The notes: a model not told the origin generated them from the letters alone. DNA of 64,000 bases from an uncultured Ignavibacteria bacterium (GCA_964607165.1 CAZSIT010000005.1:13492-77491), one strand, 5' to 3'; counted from the first letter of the stretch, positions 28,821 to 37,977 are shown. Made by a program: numbers and translations.

Positions 28821-30037
28821 ATCGGACGGCTGTTTCCGCGCTCGATATCGGTTCCACCAAAGTCACAGCGGTGGTGGTGGAAACCAACGGCGACCGCCAG
28901 CCGAAGCTGGTCGGTTTGGGCACAGCCCCCACGCGCGGCGTCAAGCGCGGGGTGGTGGTGGACCTCTTCGGCGCGGTCGATTCCATCCGCCAGGCCGTCC
29001 GGGATGCCGAGCTGGTTTTCGGCCTTCCGATAGAACGGATTGTGGTCGGCATTAGTGGAGAGCATCTGAAAAGCCTGCACAGCCGGGGTGGAGTTTCGGT
29101 TGCGCACTCTACTTTGGGAATCTCCGAGCAGGATTTAGCCCGAGCCGTCGCGCAAGCCCGTGCGGTCATTCTGCCCCAGGACCGGGAAATTTTTCATACC
29201 ATTCCGTTTGAATTTTCGCTGGACGGCCAGGGTGGTATCAAAGACCCGCGCGGAATGTCCGGCTCCCGTTTGGAAGCGGATGTTCATCTGGTCACCGGTT
29301 CGACCACGGCCGCTCAAAATCTTTTCCGTTGCGTGGAAAAAGCGGAAGTCGAGCCCTGCGATTTGGTTTTGTCCGTTCTGGGCGCTTCGGAAGCGGTCTT
29401 TTCGCAAGCCGAAAGGGAACGCGGCTCAATCCTTTTGGACATTGGCGGAGCATCCACGCATATGGCGGTTTTTCTTGAAGGGGAGCTTTTGCACACTTTC
29501 GTCATTCCGCTCGGCGGCGGCAACGTTACCAACGATATAGCCATCGGCCTGCGTCTGGAGCCGCCGGAGGCCGAGGAGTTGAAAAAAAGCTTTGGCGTGG
29601 CCTGCTCGCACATGGTCGATCCGGAAGAGGCCTTGGTTTTGCCCCCTTCCGCTGGAAGAGGAGAACGAAAAGTTTCGCAGTCTCTCTTGGCGGCCATCAT
29701 CGAGCCGCGGATGGAAGAAATCTACGGCCTGGCCTTGCGCGAAGTCCGCTCGCTGGGCTTGACCGAATTTCTCACCGGCGGCGTCGTTTTAACCGGCGGG
29801 GCTTCCCTTTTGGCCGGGGCGGCGCCTTTGGCGGAAGAAGTTTTCGATTTGCCGGCGCGAATCGGCATTCCCAAAGGTTTCGGCGGCACCATCGAGCAAG
29901 CTGTCAACCCCCAATACGCCACCGCCATCGGCTTAGCGCTTTTCGGTTGCAACAACCGGCTGGGCCAAAAGAAACCGCGCGGAGGCGTTTTTGGCCTATG
30001 GGAAAAAACCGTTGACTGGATGCGCGAATATTTGTAA
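28817..30037 (+). CDS. ftsA: Cell division protein FtsA.
   Basis: It has the actin-like ATPase fold (LDIGSTKV, DIGGG.T). Confidence 0.92.
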   Translation: MNRTAVSALDIGSTKVTAVVVETNGDRQPKLVGLGTAPTRGVKRGVVVDLFGAVDSIRQAVRDAELVFGLPIERIVVGISGEHLKSLHSRGGVSVAHSTLGISEQDLARAVAQARAVILPQDREIFHTIPFEFSLDGQGGIKDPRGMSGSRLEADVHLVTGSTTAAQNLFRCVEKAEVEPCDLVLSVLGASEAVFSQAERERGSILLDIGGASTHMAVFLEGELLHTFVIPLGGGNVTNDIAIGLRLEPPEAEELKKSFGVACSHMVDPEEALVLPPSAGRGERKVSQSLLAAIIEPRMEEIYGLALREVRSLGLTEFLTGGVVLTGGASLLAGAAPLAEEVFDLPARIGIPKGFGGTIEQAVNPQYATAIGLALFGCNNRLGQKKPRGGVFGLWEKTVDWMREYL

Positions 30038-30068
30038 TAACTAAACCCACAAACCGATAGGAGCAGGT

Positions 30069-31277
30069 ATGAAAGAAAAGATGTCCACCGCACCAGAAAT
30101 GTTTGTTGACCTCGACTTAGACGCGCTTTCCGGAGCCAAAATCAAGGTGGTTGGGGTCGGCGGGGCGGGCGGCAATGCCGTCAATCGGATGATTGAAGGC
30201 GGCTTGCGAGGGGTCGATTTCATCACCATCAACACCGATGCCCAGGTTCTGGAGTCCTCCCTGGCGCCGCACAAAATTCAAATCGGTTCTCAAATCACCC
30301 GCGGCCTGGGGGCGGGCGCCCGCCCCGAGGTGGGGCGTCAAGCCATCGAGGAAAACCGCGACCTGGTCTCCGAATTTTTAGTTGGCGCCGATATGGTCTT
30401 TGTTACCGCCGGTATGGGAGGCGGCACCGGCACCGGCGCCGCTCCCATCGTGGCGGAAATCGCCAAGGACTCCGGCGCTCTCGCTGTGGCCATCGTAACC
30501 AAGCCGTTCGAGTTCGAAGGCAAGAAACGGATGAGCCGGGCTTTGGCCGGATTGGACGAGCTGAAATCGCGCGTCGATACTCTAATTATAATTCCCAACC
30601 AGCGCCTGCTTTCGCTGGTGGGTGCTGATACGCCACTCACCGCCGCTTTCTTTAAGGCCGACGACGTCTTAATGCAAGCGACCCGCGGCATCTCCGAGCT
30701 TATCACCGTTCCGGGCTTAATCAACTGCGATTTTGCCGACGTGCGCACGGTGATGGCGGAATCGGGGGACGCCATTATGGGCACGGGAGTGGGCCAGGGC
30801 CCGAACAAGGGAGAGGAAGCGGCGCGCGCGGCGATTTCCAGCCCGCTTTTGGAAAACGTTTCCATCTTGGGCGCCAAAGGGGTTCTGGTCAACGTCACCG
30901 GCGGAAACGACGTTACCCTATCGGAAGTGAACCAAGCGACTTCGGTTGTTTACGAAGCGGTCGGCGCGGATGCCAACATTATCTTCGGCGCGGTCATCGA
31001 CCCCACACTGAAAGATGAGATGCGCGTCACCGTCATCGCCACCGGATTTATTTCCTGCAACGGCGCCACGATGGAAGTCGAATCGCGCGTCTCCGATTTG
31101 TTTTCGCAGGCGCGGCATCGTCTCGGCCTGGACAAAGTCGGCGTGACCACCCGCCGCGAAGCCGAAGAGCCGGTGGCGGTCGCCAAAAGGGATGCGATGG
31201 ACCCGAACAATTTGGAATTGCCGGCGTTTATGCGCAAGCAAATGAACGGAGGAGTGCGCAAAGACGCGTTCCGTTAA
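30069..31277 (+). CDS. ftsZ: Cell division GTPase FtsZ.
   Basis: It has the tubulin signature GGGTGTG and the T7 loop. Confidence 0.95.
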   Translation: MKEKMSTAPEMFVDLDLDALSGAKIKVVGVGGAGGNAVNRMIEGGLRGVDFITINTDAQVLESSLAPHKIQIGSQITRGLGAGARPEVGRQAIEENRDLVSEFLVGADMVFVTAGMGGGTGTGAAPIVAEIAKDSGALAVAIVTKPFEFEGKKRMSRALAGLDELKSRVDTLIIIPNQRLLSLVGADTPLTAAFFKADDVLMQATRGISELITVPGLINCDFADVRTVMAESGDAIMGTGVGQGPNKGEEAARAAISSPLLENVSILGAKGVLVNVTGGNDVTLSEVNQATSVVYEAVGADANIIFGAVIDPTLKDEMRVTVIATGFISCNGATMEVESRVSDLFSQARHRLGLDKVGVTTRREAEEPVAVAKRDAMDPNNLELPAFMRKQMNGGVRKDAFR

Positions 31278-31308
31278 TCCAATTCCTGTTCTTTTTGTGG
31301 GTTACGCA

Positions 31309-31361
31309 GGGGCGAATCTTCAGATTCGCCCAAAAGGGTGAACCTAAAGGTTCACCCCTAC
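31309..31361. repeat. REP pair in alternating orientation, as in E. coli BIMEs: GGGGCGAATCTTCAGATTCGCCC then GGGTGAACCTAAAGGTTCACCCCTAC.
   Basis: Two hairpins lie in head-to-head orientation. A near-identical pair is at 37153-37204. Confidence 0.7.
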
Positions 31362-31366
31362 ATTTT

Positions 31367-31470
31367 CCCCTCTTCATTTATGGAGAGGGGTTTGGTGGCG
31401 CACATTGGTTTTTGTAATGTGCGACGGGCACCGAATGCAAAGACCATTCGGTGCCACCGAATAGGGGGTG
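31367..31470. repeat. REP subtype CCCCTCTTCATTTATGGAGAGGGG followed by a compound hairpin (GGCACCGAAT...ATTCGGTGCC).
   Basis: Inverted repeats were read directly in the ftsZ-rpmB intergenic region. Confidence 0.6.
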
Positions 31471-31475
31471 TGCGA

Positions 31476-31700
31476 TTAAGATTCGATGGCGGGTTTGGCT
31501 TTGGGCCGATGCGTAACTTTTAGAACCTTGCCGGCTTTCAGGCAGGAAGAACAGACCTTGATGCGGGTATGCTTGCCGTTAATATTAGCCCGCACCGGAT
31601 GCAGATTGGGGAAAAAGCGCCGGGGGCTCACGTTGTGGGCGTGGCTGACGTTTCTGCCCGTCATAGGTCCTTTTCCGCAAATGTCACATATTTTGGCCAT
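31476..31700 (-). CDS. rpmB: 50S ribosomal protein L28.
   Basis: [33 protein letters not shown] matches bL28. The start was taken at the internal Met of the longer ORF. Confidence 0.85.
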   Translation of the reverse strand: MAKICDICGKGPMTGRNVSHAHNVSPRRFFPNLHPVRANINGKHTRIKVCSSCLKAGKVLKVTHRPKAKPAIES

Positions 31701-31754
31701 AATTCCCTTTCTTAAGGCGTTGCAATTTAATGATTTTTTCGAGAAAGGCAAGGG

Positions 31755-32366
31755 CTAATCTTCCCGGTGTAATTTCTCTCTCCCAAAATTATTCCAAAAA
31801 TCTTGTTCAATTTTATCCACCTGCCCTCTTGGATTTTCTTGGTCAAATTCCCATCTCAACGGATTATTAAAAATGTATTCCCGAATTTTGTTGAACGCTT
31901 CTTCGTTTCGAATAATGTGTTCGTAATAATTCCGCTGCCACACCGGCAACCCGGGTGTTTTCCGTAATTCGTTTATCCGCTTTGCAGAATTCATTTTGAA
32001 CCATCCGATGATTTTTGGCAATAACATCAATCGCCGCGCCTTCCGTGTTGCTTGTATCGGTTTTTGTAAGGGCAATTCATGAATTGCCCCTACCGTTTCA
32101 TTGATAATGATGATCCCATGCACATGATTCGGCATGACCACGCATTCATCCAATTCTACATTCCGATAACGCCCGGCAATTTGAAACCAAAATTGTTGCG
32201 CAATTTTCCCCTGGGGCGTTAATCTCATTTCTCCATCTACAACATCCCCAAACAGATTTTCTCTATCCTTGGCCAGAATGGTCACATAATACGCACCCTC
32301 CCGCGCATAATCATAATCCTTCAGCCGTATCGACCGCCGATGATGTATATCCGGATTGTACTTCAT
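31755..32366 (-). CDS. rayT: REP-associated tyrosine transposase (RAYT, IS200/IS605-like Y1 HUH family).
   Basis: It carries the HUH motif HVHGIII and a Tyr motif WQRNYYEHIIRNEE...NNPLRW typical of RAYT/TnpA-REP. It lies among REP elements. Confidence 0.8.
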   Translation of the reverse strand: MKYNPDIHHRRSIRLKDYDYAREGAYYVTILAKDRENLFGDVVDGEMRLTPQGKIAQQFWFQIAGRYRNVELDECVVMPNHVHGIIIINETVGAIHELPLQKPIQATRKARRLMLLPKIIGWFKMNSAKRINELRKTPGLPVWQRNYYEHIIRNEEAFNKIREYIFNNPLRWEFDQENPRGQVDKIEQDFWNNFGREKLHRED

Positions 32367-32528
32367 ATCCTGTCCGGATAGTATGAAAAAAGTTCAGGTT
32401 TTTGAAGGGGCGTTGTCGAGCCGCCAATAATGTATTACCCCTACAATTTAGCAGGCTAAAAAAACGCCTTACCTGCGCCACAAGGCTGACTTGTTGACGC
32501 GGTGAGTTGCTCGCTTACGAGATAAAAA

Positions 32529-32553
32529 AGAGGCGGCTCGAAAGGGCCGCCTC
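32529..32553 (-). terminator. Rho-independent terminator (GAGGCGGC-loop-GCCGCCTC, followed by a T-run on the minus strand) downstream of the 32600-33001 gene.
   Basis: A perfect 8-bp GC stem is followed by TTTTTTAT on the minus strand. Confidence 0.5.
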
Positions 32554-32599
32554 TTTTGTTGCTCGGAAAAAAATGTGTTTCTCACATTGAATTTAACCA

Positions 32600-33001
32600 T
32601 TAGAAGCAAGGAGGCCGCTTGCGAGGGGAAAAAATCAACGTATCAACTTGATTTGATTGATTGGTCAACCATATTTGACCCACATCAATCGTCATATCGG
32701 TCTGAACCTTGATCCTTTTGATTATCAGCTTGTTGTGACCGGTTGCAGTTACTTCAATATCGTAAATACCGGGAGGCACTTTCAGTATCCTGAAGTAGCC
32801 ACTTTTATCTGTAATGGCAGTTTGGGCAGTTTTTTCACTGTTCTTTACAAGTGTCGCTACAGTTCTCACTATGGGTTCTTTCATTTTCTTGTCTAAAACC
32901 TTGCCGGAGATTTTACCGTTAGCTGCGGAAAGGGAGATTGGGAATAAAAGGATTAGCCCAAGTAATATTATTAATACGATGAAAATCCTCGCGTTTCTCA
33001 T
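32600..33001 (-). CDS. Small secreted protein with a carboxypeptidase-regulatory-like (CarbopepD_reg) beta-sandwich domain.
   Basis: It has a signal peptide plus G.V.D...PI..A.V motifs. The coding sequence is AT-rich. Confidence 0.45.
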   Translation of the reverse strand: MRNARIFIVLIILLGLILLFPISLSAANGKISGKVLDKKMKEPIVRTVATLVKNSEKTAQTAITDKSGYFRILKVPPGIYDIEVTATGHNKLIIKRIKVQTDMTIDVGQIWLTNQSNQVDTLIFSPRKRPPCF

Positions 33002-33042
33002 AACTGCCTTCCAATACTAATATACGGCAGAATTCAAGAACT

Positions 33043-33070
33043 GTAGGGGTTTGATTAATCAAACCCCTAC
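33043..33070. repeat. REP element: perfect palindrome GTAGGGGTTTGATTAATCAAACCCCTAC.
   Basis: It is a perfect 28-bp palindrome. The stop codon of the AraC-Ogt gene (33059-33061) sits inside it. Confidence 0.8.
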
Positions 33071-33937
33071 AACCTCTTTCCTTCCCGCTTCCCACACCAG
33101 CATCGCCTTCTTTCTTGGCGTGCCCCAGCGGTAGTTGCCGAAGGCGCCGATTTTCTGGATGACCCGGTGGCAGGGGATTAAATAGGCGACGTAGTTATTG
33201 GCCACCGCAGTTCCCACAGCGCGGGAAGCGGCCGGCCGGCCGATGCGCTCGGCAATCTTTTCGTATGAGGCCACACAGCCGGGCGGGATTTTCAAAAGCG
33301 CCTCCCAGACCTTTATCTGGAAATTGGTGCCCTTCAAAAAAAGCTTCATAGGCGTGCCGTTTTGGTTTGTGCCGCCGAAGATTCTTTCCACGTACGGCTT
33401 GGTCGCTTTCCCATTTTCGGCAATCTGGGCGTTGGGCCAATTGGCAGCCAGATATTGCAGGGCCTTTTTGGGATTTTCGTTTTCGATAAAGGAAAGCCCG
33501 CAGATGCCGCGCTCGGTCACAGCTAAAAGGCATTCGCCAAAAGGGGTGGGGTGAATGCCGTAGGAGATTTTCAAACCGGCCCCTTTTTGCTTGTATTCCC
33601 CCGGCGTCATCGCCTCCACGTTCACAAACAAATCGTGCAAACGGCCTGGGCCGGAGAGGCCGGATTCGTAGGCAACATCCAGAACGCTCTCTGATTCCTG
33701 GAGCAGTTTTTTGGCGTAATCAAGGGTCAGAAATTCCAGAAACTTTTTGGGGCTGACGCCGGCCCAACGGGAAAAGAGGCGCTGGAAGTGGAATTCGCTC
33801 AAATGGACACTATTGGCGATTTCCTTTAAGCCGGGCTGGTTGCGGAAGTGTTCTTCCAAATAGCGTATCGCCTGTTCCATCCGAGTGTAGTCGTGGGAGA
33901 GTTTTGCGAAATCGACGGTTTCGACCTGCGTGTTCAT
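33059..33937 (-). CDS. AraC-family HTH / methylated-DNA-[protein]-cysteine S-methyltransferase (Ogt) fusion. It is Ada-like but lacks the N-terminal Zn methylphosphotriester domain.
   Basis: It has an AraC HTH (HLSEFHFQRLF...) and Ogt active-site PCHRV. The start was taken at MNTQ, which has an upstream GGAAGGAAGGAAT RBS. Confidence 0.8.
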   Translation of the reverse strand: MNTQVETVDFAKLSHDYTRMEQAIRYLEEHFRNQPGLKEIANSVHLSEFHFQRLFSRWAGVSPKKFLEFLTLDYAKKLLQESESVLDVAYESGLSGPGRLHDLFVNVEAMTPGEYKQKGAGLKISYGIHPTPFGECLLAVTERGICGLSFIENENPKKALQYLAANWPNAQIAENGKATKPYVERIFGGTNQNGTPMKLFLKGTNFQIKVWEALLKIPPGCVASYEKIAERIGRPAASRAVGTAVANNYVAYLIPCHRVIQKIGAFGNYRWGTPRKKAMLVWEAGRKEVVGV

Positions 33938-34128
33938 ATTCCTTCCTTCCGGTAATATAGGGGTTATTTTTGCGGTTGCGTAATTCATACATACGACAAA
34001 CAAAGGTATATGCGGGGGATAACAACCCGATTCTTGCTCACCTGCTAACCTAAGCCCTTTGCCCCCCCTGGCCGAGTCCCGAGCTCGTCTCGGGCAGGCC
34101 TTCCCGAAACGGGAAGGGGAAAGAGAAA

Positions 34129-34224
34129 GGCGAATGCCATTCGCCCCTACGAAAAACCGCCTCACCCCCGACCCCCTCTCCATTCAATGGAGAGGGGGAA
34201 AGGCACGGCGCGCTGTGCCCCTAC
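34129..34224. repeat. REP cluster of three hairpins: GGCGAATGCCATTCGCCCCTAC, CCCCCTCTCCATTCAATGGAGAGGGGG and GGCACGGCGCGCTGTGCCCCTAC.
   Basis: These are inverted repeats with the family's CCCCTAC ends, lying in a divergent intergenic region. Confidence 0.7.
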
Positions 34225-34283
34225 AATAAAAACAGATGTTTATAGAGATTTGATAACGTATAATATTATGGGTGGAGTAAATA

Positions 34284-34928
34284 ATGAAATCTGACAGCTT
34301 GATTCTGCCGATTTTCCCGCTAAAAACGGTGCTTTTTCCGGGAGTGCCGATGCCTTTGCATATTTTTGAGGAGCGCTACCGGCGAATGATTAATGAATGC
34401 CTGGCGGAAAACAAAAGCTTTGGGGTGGTGCTAATCAAAAAGGGGCAGGAGACCGGTCCTCCGGCGGTGCCATTTGAAATCGGCACGGAAGCGAAAATTT
34501 CCCGCGCGGAGCGGTTGGATGACGGGCAGCTGAACATTCTGGCCATCGGGCTGCGGCGGTTTAGAATCCAGAAACTTTTGGAACCGGCGCCCTACCTTTC
34601 GGCAGAAGTGACCTTCCTGCAAGATGAAGATGGAAACCGGGAGCAGGCGCTTTTGACCGACCAGATTTTGCGGCTGGTTTTGCTCGATTTCATTCAGCTC
34701 ACCTCGATTTTCACGCTGGTGCCGGTTTATCCTTTCGATTTACCCTCCGACCCGGCGCGCTTTTCGTATTTAGCGGCGCATCTTTTAAACCTCCCGGCCA
34801 AAACCAAGCAGAAGCTTTTGGAAGCATCGACAGTGGAGGAACGGTTGAAGACAGCGCGCGACCTTTTGGTGGCGGAGCGGATGCGCTTCGTCAAAGAGCA
34901 GGTGGAAAAAGCCTTTTCCGAAAATTAA
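34284..34928 (+). CDS. Standalone LON N-terminal (substrate-binding) domain protein.
   Basis: Its N-terminus is typical of the Lon N domain (LPIFPLKTVLFPGVPMPLHIFEERY). Confidence 0.6.
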   Translation: MKSDSLILPIFPLKTVLFPGVPMPLHIFEERYRRMINECLAENKSFGVVLIKKGQETGPPAVPFEIGTEAKISRAERLDDGQLNILAIGLRRFRIQKLLEPAPYLSAEVTFLQDEDGNREQALLTDQILRLVLLDFIQLTSIFTLVPVYPFDLPSDPARFSYLAAHLLNLPAKTKQKLLEASTVEERLKTARDLLVAERMRFVKEQVEKAFSEN

Positions 34929-34962
34929 AAAACCCCGCCCGGTTGCCCGAGCGGAGTTTGGA
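34929..34962 (-). terminator. Putative terminator for the minus-strand lipoprotein gene (CTCCGCTCGGG-caac-CCGGGCGGGG plus T5).
   Basis: An imperfect GC hairpin is followed by TTTTT on the minus strand, between convergent genes. Confidence 0.4.
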
Positions 34963-34975
34963 AAAACGTTTCGAA

Positions 34976-35785
34976 TTAATTCCCGGTAGTTGAGACTTCT
35001 TTTTTGGTCTCAAAATTCGGCGGCGTCAACTGTTTCTCCGGCACCGTTACCGTCAACGGGCTTTGCAAGTTGAAGGTCAAGGTCAAGCCGGCTGGATAGA
35101 TTATGTTTTCACGTCCGGTGGCAGCAGCCGCTCCCGTTCCCGCCGCCGCTCCGGCAACGGCGCCGATTAAGGCGCCTTTCTTTTTACCCAAAAGTCCACC
35201 GACGATCGCGCCGGCTGCGGCTCCGCCGCCAATCATCCCGACTTCCCGGCCGGTGTGCGATTTACCCTTTTTGTAAACGGTGTCCACTTCCACCGCGTAG
35301 GTTTTGCCCTTCGGCGTGGTAATCTCGGTCACCACGAAAGCAATCTCGGGGGAAGTTTTCAACGTGCCGCCTTTAACCAGCTTGGTGATTACGCCTGTGC
35401 AAGTGGAGCCCGAGGGAATGAGAATTTTGCCTTCCATTTCCACCGGTTCATCCAGCGTGCCGGTGAAAGCATCGCCTTCCTGGTTTTTGTTGGTTTGCAA
35501 GGTATCGTTCAAGGTGACTTTAAGCGGCGTGCCGGATGGAATGGTAACCTTTACGTATTTTGGTTTGGGCGGAGTTTTCTTTTCCACCGTTTTTACCGGT
35601 TCGGTTTTGGTTTCCATCGGCGGGGTTTCGGTCGTGGTTGTGGGCTGTTCGGTTGTTGCTGGGGTGGTCTGGCCGAAGGACTCGTCCGTCGGCTGGGTTT
35701 GGTCGGCAGTTTCCTCTTTTTTGCTGCAGCCGACAGCCATAAAAGCGGCGAGCAAAAACAGGGTTAAAATTCTTTTTGCGCTCAT
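34976..35785 (-). CDS. Lipoprotein with a low-complexity T/P/E-rich linker and a C-terminal glycine-zipper (SlyB/Pcp-like) segment.
   Basis: It has a lipobox (AVGC) after the signal peptide and a long G/A zipper near the C-terminus. Confidence 0.55.
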   Translation of the reverse strand: MSAKRILTLFLLAAFMAVGCSKKEETADQTQPTDESFGQTTPATTEQPTTTTETPPMETKTEPVKTVEKKTPPKPKYVKVTIPSGTPLKVTLNDTLQTNKNQEGDAFTGTLDEPVEMEGKILIPSGSTCTGVITKLVKGGTLKTSPEIAFVVTEITTPKGKTYAVEVDTVYKKGKSHTGREVGMIGGGAAAGAIVGGLLGKKKGALIGAVAGAAAGTGAAAATGRENIIYPAGLTLTFNLQSPLTVTVPEKQLTPPNFETKKEVSTTGN

Positions 35786-35999
35786 TTTTCCTCCTTCTAT
35801 TCTCTTTTACAAACTACAAACCCGCTTGGGCGGACATCTTTTGAACTTTTAAAATACCTACGGAACCCGCCGGGCGCAAGGAAAATGCGCCGTATTGTAT
35901 TATCGGCAGGAAGGCGGGAAGGTAGAGGGAGTTTGTAAAAGGATACGACAAGGTTTTTCGCTTCCTCAAGGTGACAAAAGCGCTTTTACGTAAAACCAG

Positions 36000-36027
36000 T
36001 TGACGGGTTTTGGGCGATTTCTATATT
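36000..36027 (+). promoter_or_regulatory. Candidate promoter TTGACG-N16-TATATT upstream of the tRNA-Lys pair.
   Basis: The hexamers match the sigma70 consensus, but the spacing to the tRNA (about 125 nt) is long. Confidence 0.3.
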
Positions 36028-36156
36028 CGGCTTGGCTTATCCCTGGCCCGCCGTAGGCAGGCTCGGGTAGGCGCTCCAGCCATTTTGAAGACGAAGTATT
36101 CCTTCGCCTTCAGCTGAAGCCGTCAAATTGAATGCGGATTCAGCGTTAGAACGACT

Positions 36157-36228
36157 GGGGGTGTAGCTCAGTGGTAGAGCATCTGCCTTTTAAGCAGGAG
36201 GTCGATGGTTCGATCCCATCCACCCTCA
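36157..36228 (+). tRNA. tRNA-Lys (anticodon UUU).
   Basis: It folds as a cloverleaf with the anticodon loop CTTTTAA, TTCGATC in the T-loop, and a 7-bp acceptor stem with discriminator A. Confidence 0.85.
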
Positions 36229-36235
36229 GATAAAT

Positions 36236-36273
36236 ACAGAGATTAGAGACCGGAGATTAGAGATTAGTAAAAA
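36236..36273 (+). repeat. GAGATTA heptad-repeat trailer element (ACAGAGATTAGAGACCGGAGATTAGAGATTAGTAAAAA).
   Basis: It is a tandem 7-nt periodic repeat immediately 3' of tRNA-Lys(UUU). Near-identical copies are at 38775-38813 and a partial copy at 36365-36390. Confidence 0.7.
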
Positions 36274-36284
36274 CAAAAAATCTT

Positions 36285-36357
<73 letters not shown>

Positions 36358-36394
36358 TAGAAGACAGAGATTAGATTCGAGATTAGAAAACTCC

Positions 36395-37156
36395 TTGAAA
36401 TCCGCTCTTGAATTAGCCAAAAAAGCTTCTTTGAAGGCCGGGGAAGCGGCCTTACGCTATTTTCACGGTGGCGCTAATGTTTCCATCAAATCCGACGGAA
36501 CGCCGGTGACCCAAGCGGATAAAGAGGCGGAAGAAATAATCATCCATGTTCTCAAAAAAGAAATGCCGGACTGTGGGTTTTTAGGAGAAGAATTCGGCGA
36601 GCAAGGCCCAAAGGATAAGCGTTGGATTATAGACCCGATTGACGGGACCAAAAATTTTATACGAGGAATACCGGTCTGGGCGGTGATGATTGGATTGGAG
36701 GAAGGGGGAGAAATTACCGCTGGGGTTGTCTATAATCCTGCAACGAAACAGCTCTGGACGGCGGCAAAAGACTTGGGGGCGTATTACAACGGCGAACGAA
36801 TTTCGATTTCCGCCATCGATTCGCTCGCAAATGCCCAACTGTTGCACAGCGGGTTGAATACGATGCGGAAAAGCAAGTACTGGGATGGGTTCTTACGGCT
36901 GGTAGAATCAACCAAACGCCAACGCGGGCCGGGAGATTTTCTGGGATATACGATGGTGGCGCAGGGACAAGGGGAGATTTATTTGGAGAATGAATTGAAG
37001 CCGTGGGATATTGCCGCAAATCAAATTATCGTAAAAGAAGCCGGCGGAGAGTTTACGGATTTTGAGGGGGGTTCAAGCATTTATTCCGGGTCGGCCTTGG
37101 CGACGAATGGAAAGTTGCATCGGCTGGTTTTGGAGATTCTTCAAGGCCAGACGTAG
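36395..37156 (+). CDS. Inositol monophosphatase family protein (SuhB/HisN-like).
   Basis: It has IMPase motifs (WIIDPIDGT, ...GD...). A TTG start is proposed downstream of the heptad repeat, since the longer ORF from 36350 would be translated through repeat DNA. Confidence 0.75.
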   Translation: MKSALELAKKASLKAGEAALRYFHGGANVSIKSDGTPVTQADKEAEEIIIHVLKKEMPDCGFLGEEFGEQGPKDKRWIIDPIDGTKNFIRGIPVWAVMIGLEEGGEITAGVVYNPATKQLWTAAKDLGAYYNGERISISAIDSLANAQLLHSGLNTMRKSKYWDGFLRLVESTKRQRGPGDFLGYTMVAQGQGEIYLENELKPWDIAANQIIVKEAGGEFTDFEGGSSIYSGSALATNGKLHRLVLEILQGQT

Positions 37157-37204
37157 GGGCGAATCGCCAGATTCGCCCGGGTGAGCCTGAAGGTTCACCC
37201 CTAC
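37153..37204. repeat. REP pair in alternating orientation, as in E. coli BIMEs: GTAGGGGCGAATCGCCAGATTCGCCC then GGGTGAGCCTGAAGGTTCACCCCTAC.
   Basis: This is the second copy of the two-hairpin unit seen at 31309-31361. Confidence 0.7.
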
Positions 37205-37279
37205 ATTTGAAACATTTTGATATTTCCTTATATTTCACCGTTGGGCGGGTATGTCCCCGTTCATCAGAGGAGGTTATTT

Positions 37280-37774
37280 ATGTTTATGGGCAGAGTAGTA
37301 CGTACGGCTGGGTTAGTCGCCGGAATTTTTGCGTTCGCTGTTTTTGCTTTTGCGGGCGAAGAAGAAGAAAAACAGCTTACCAAACAAGATGTGCCTGTGG
37401 CCGTGCTTGCGGCTTTCGAAAAAGCTTATCCAAAAGCGGTGGTTAAGGGCTATTCAAAGGAAGAAAAAGATGGAAAAACCCTTTACGAAGTCGAAAGCTT
37501 GGAAGGCAAAACTCATCTCGACGTTTCATACCTCGAGGACGGCAGCCTGTTTGTGACGGAGGAAGTCGTGGCCGTGAAAAGTCTGCCGGAGGCGGTGAGA
37601 CAGACAGTCAAAAAAGAGCATCCGAAAGGAAAGATTAAACTGGCGGAGAAAATTACAGAGGGAACGATCGTTGAATATGAAGTAGTTGTCGCCCTTGGGA
37701 AAAAGAAGTTCGAAATAAAGCTGGATGCAAGCGGCAAAGTTTTAGAGAGCGAAGAGGCGAAAGAAGCCGAATAG
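37280..37774 (+). CDS. Secreted PepSY-like domain protein (two repeats).
   Basis: It has a signal peptide and duplicated GK.LYEVE...G.E...D..G motifs. The start was taken at the ATG with an upstream GGAGG. Confidence 0.55.
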   Translation: MFMGRVVRTAGLVAGIFAFAVFAFAGEEEEKQLTKQDVPVAVLAAFEKAYPKAVVKGYSKEEKDGKTLYEVESLEGKTHLDVSYLEDGSLFVTEEVVAVKSLPEAVRQTVKKEHPKGKIKLAEKITEGTIVEYEVVVALGKKKFEIKLDASGKVLESEEAKEAE

Positions 37775-37785
37775 GGTTGTAAGAA

Positions 37786-37810
37786 GGGCGAACACGAGGT
37801 TCGCCCCTAC
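37786..37810. repeat. REP: GGGCGAACACGAGGTTCGCCCCTAC.
   Basis: It is almost identical to the REP at 1673-1700. Confidence 0.7.
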
Positions 37811-37977
37811 GAAACATTTTGGCGTTGCTTGCGGTTGAAAATAGGGCTGGAACTGTGGCCCTCTTTTGCCGTATATTATACGGTCGGGCGGGCATGACCC
37901 CGCCTCTGTACCAGTTTCTCCCCGGCTTCCCCGCCTGTCCGAGCTCCGATGCAATCGGAGCCAGGAGGGCAATCTCT

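Noticed and set aside
36236-36273. Tandem GAGATTA repeats (also at 36365-36390 and 38775-38813) considered as a CRISPR array.
   Set aside because: The units are 7 nt with no spacers, only 3-4 units per site, and there are no cas genes. It is a heptad microsatellite-like element, not CRISPR.
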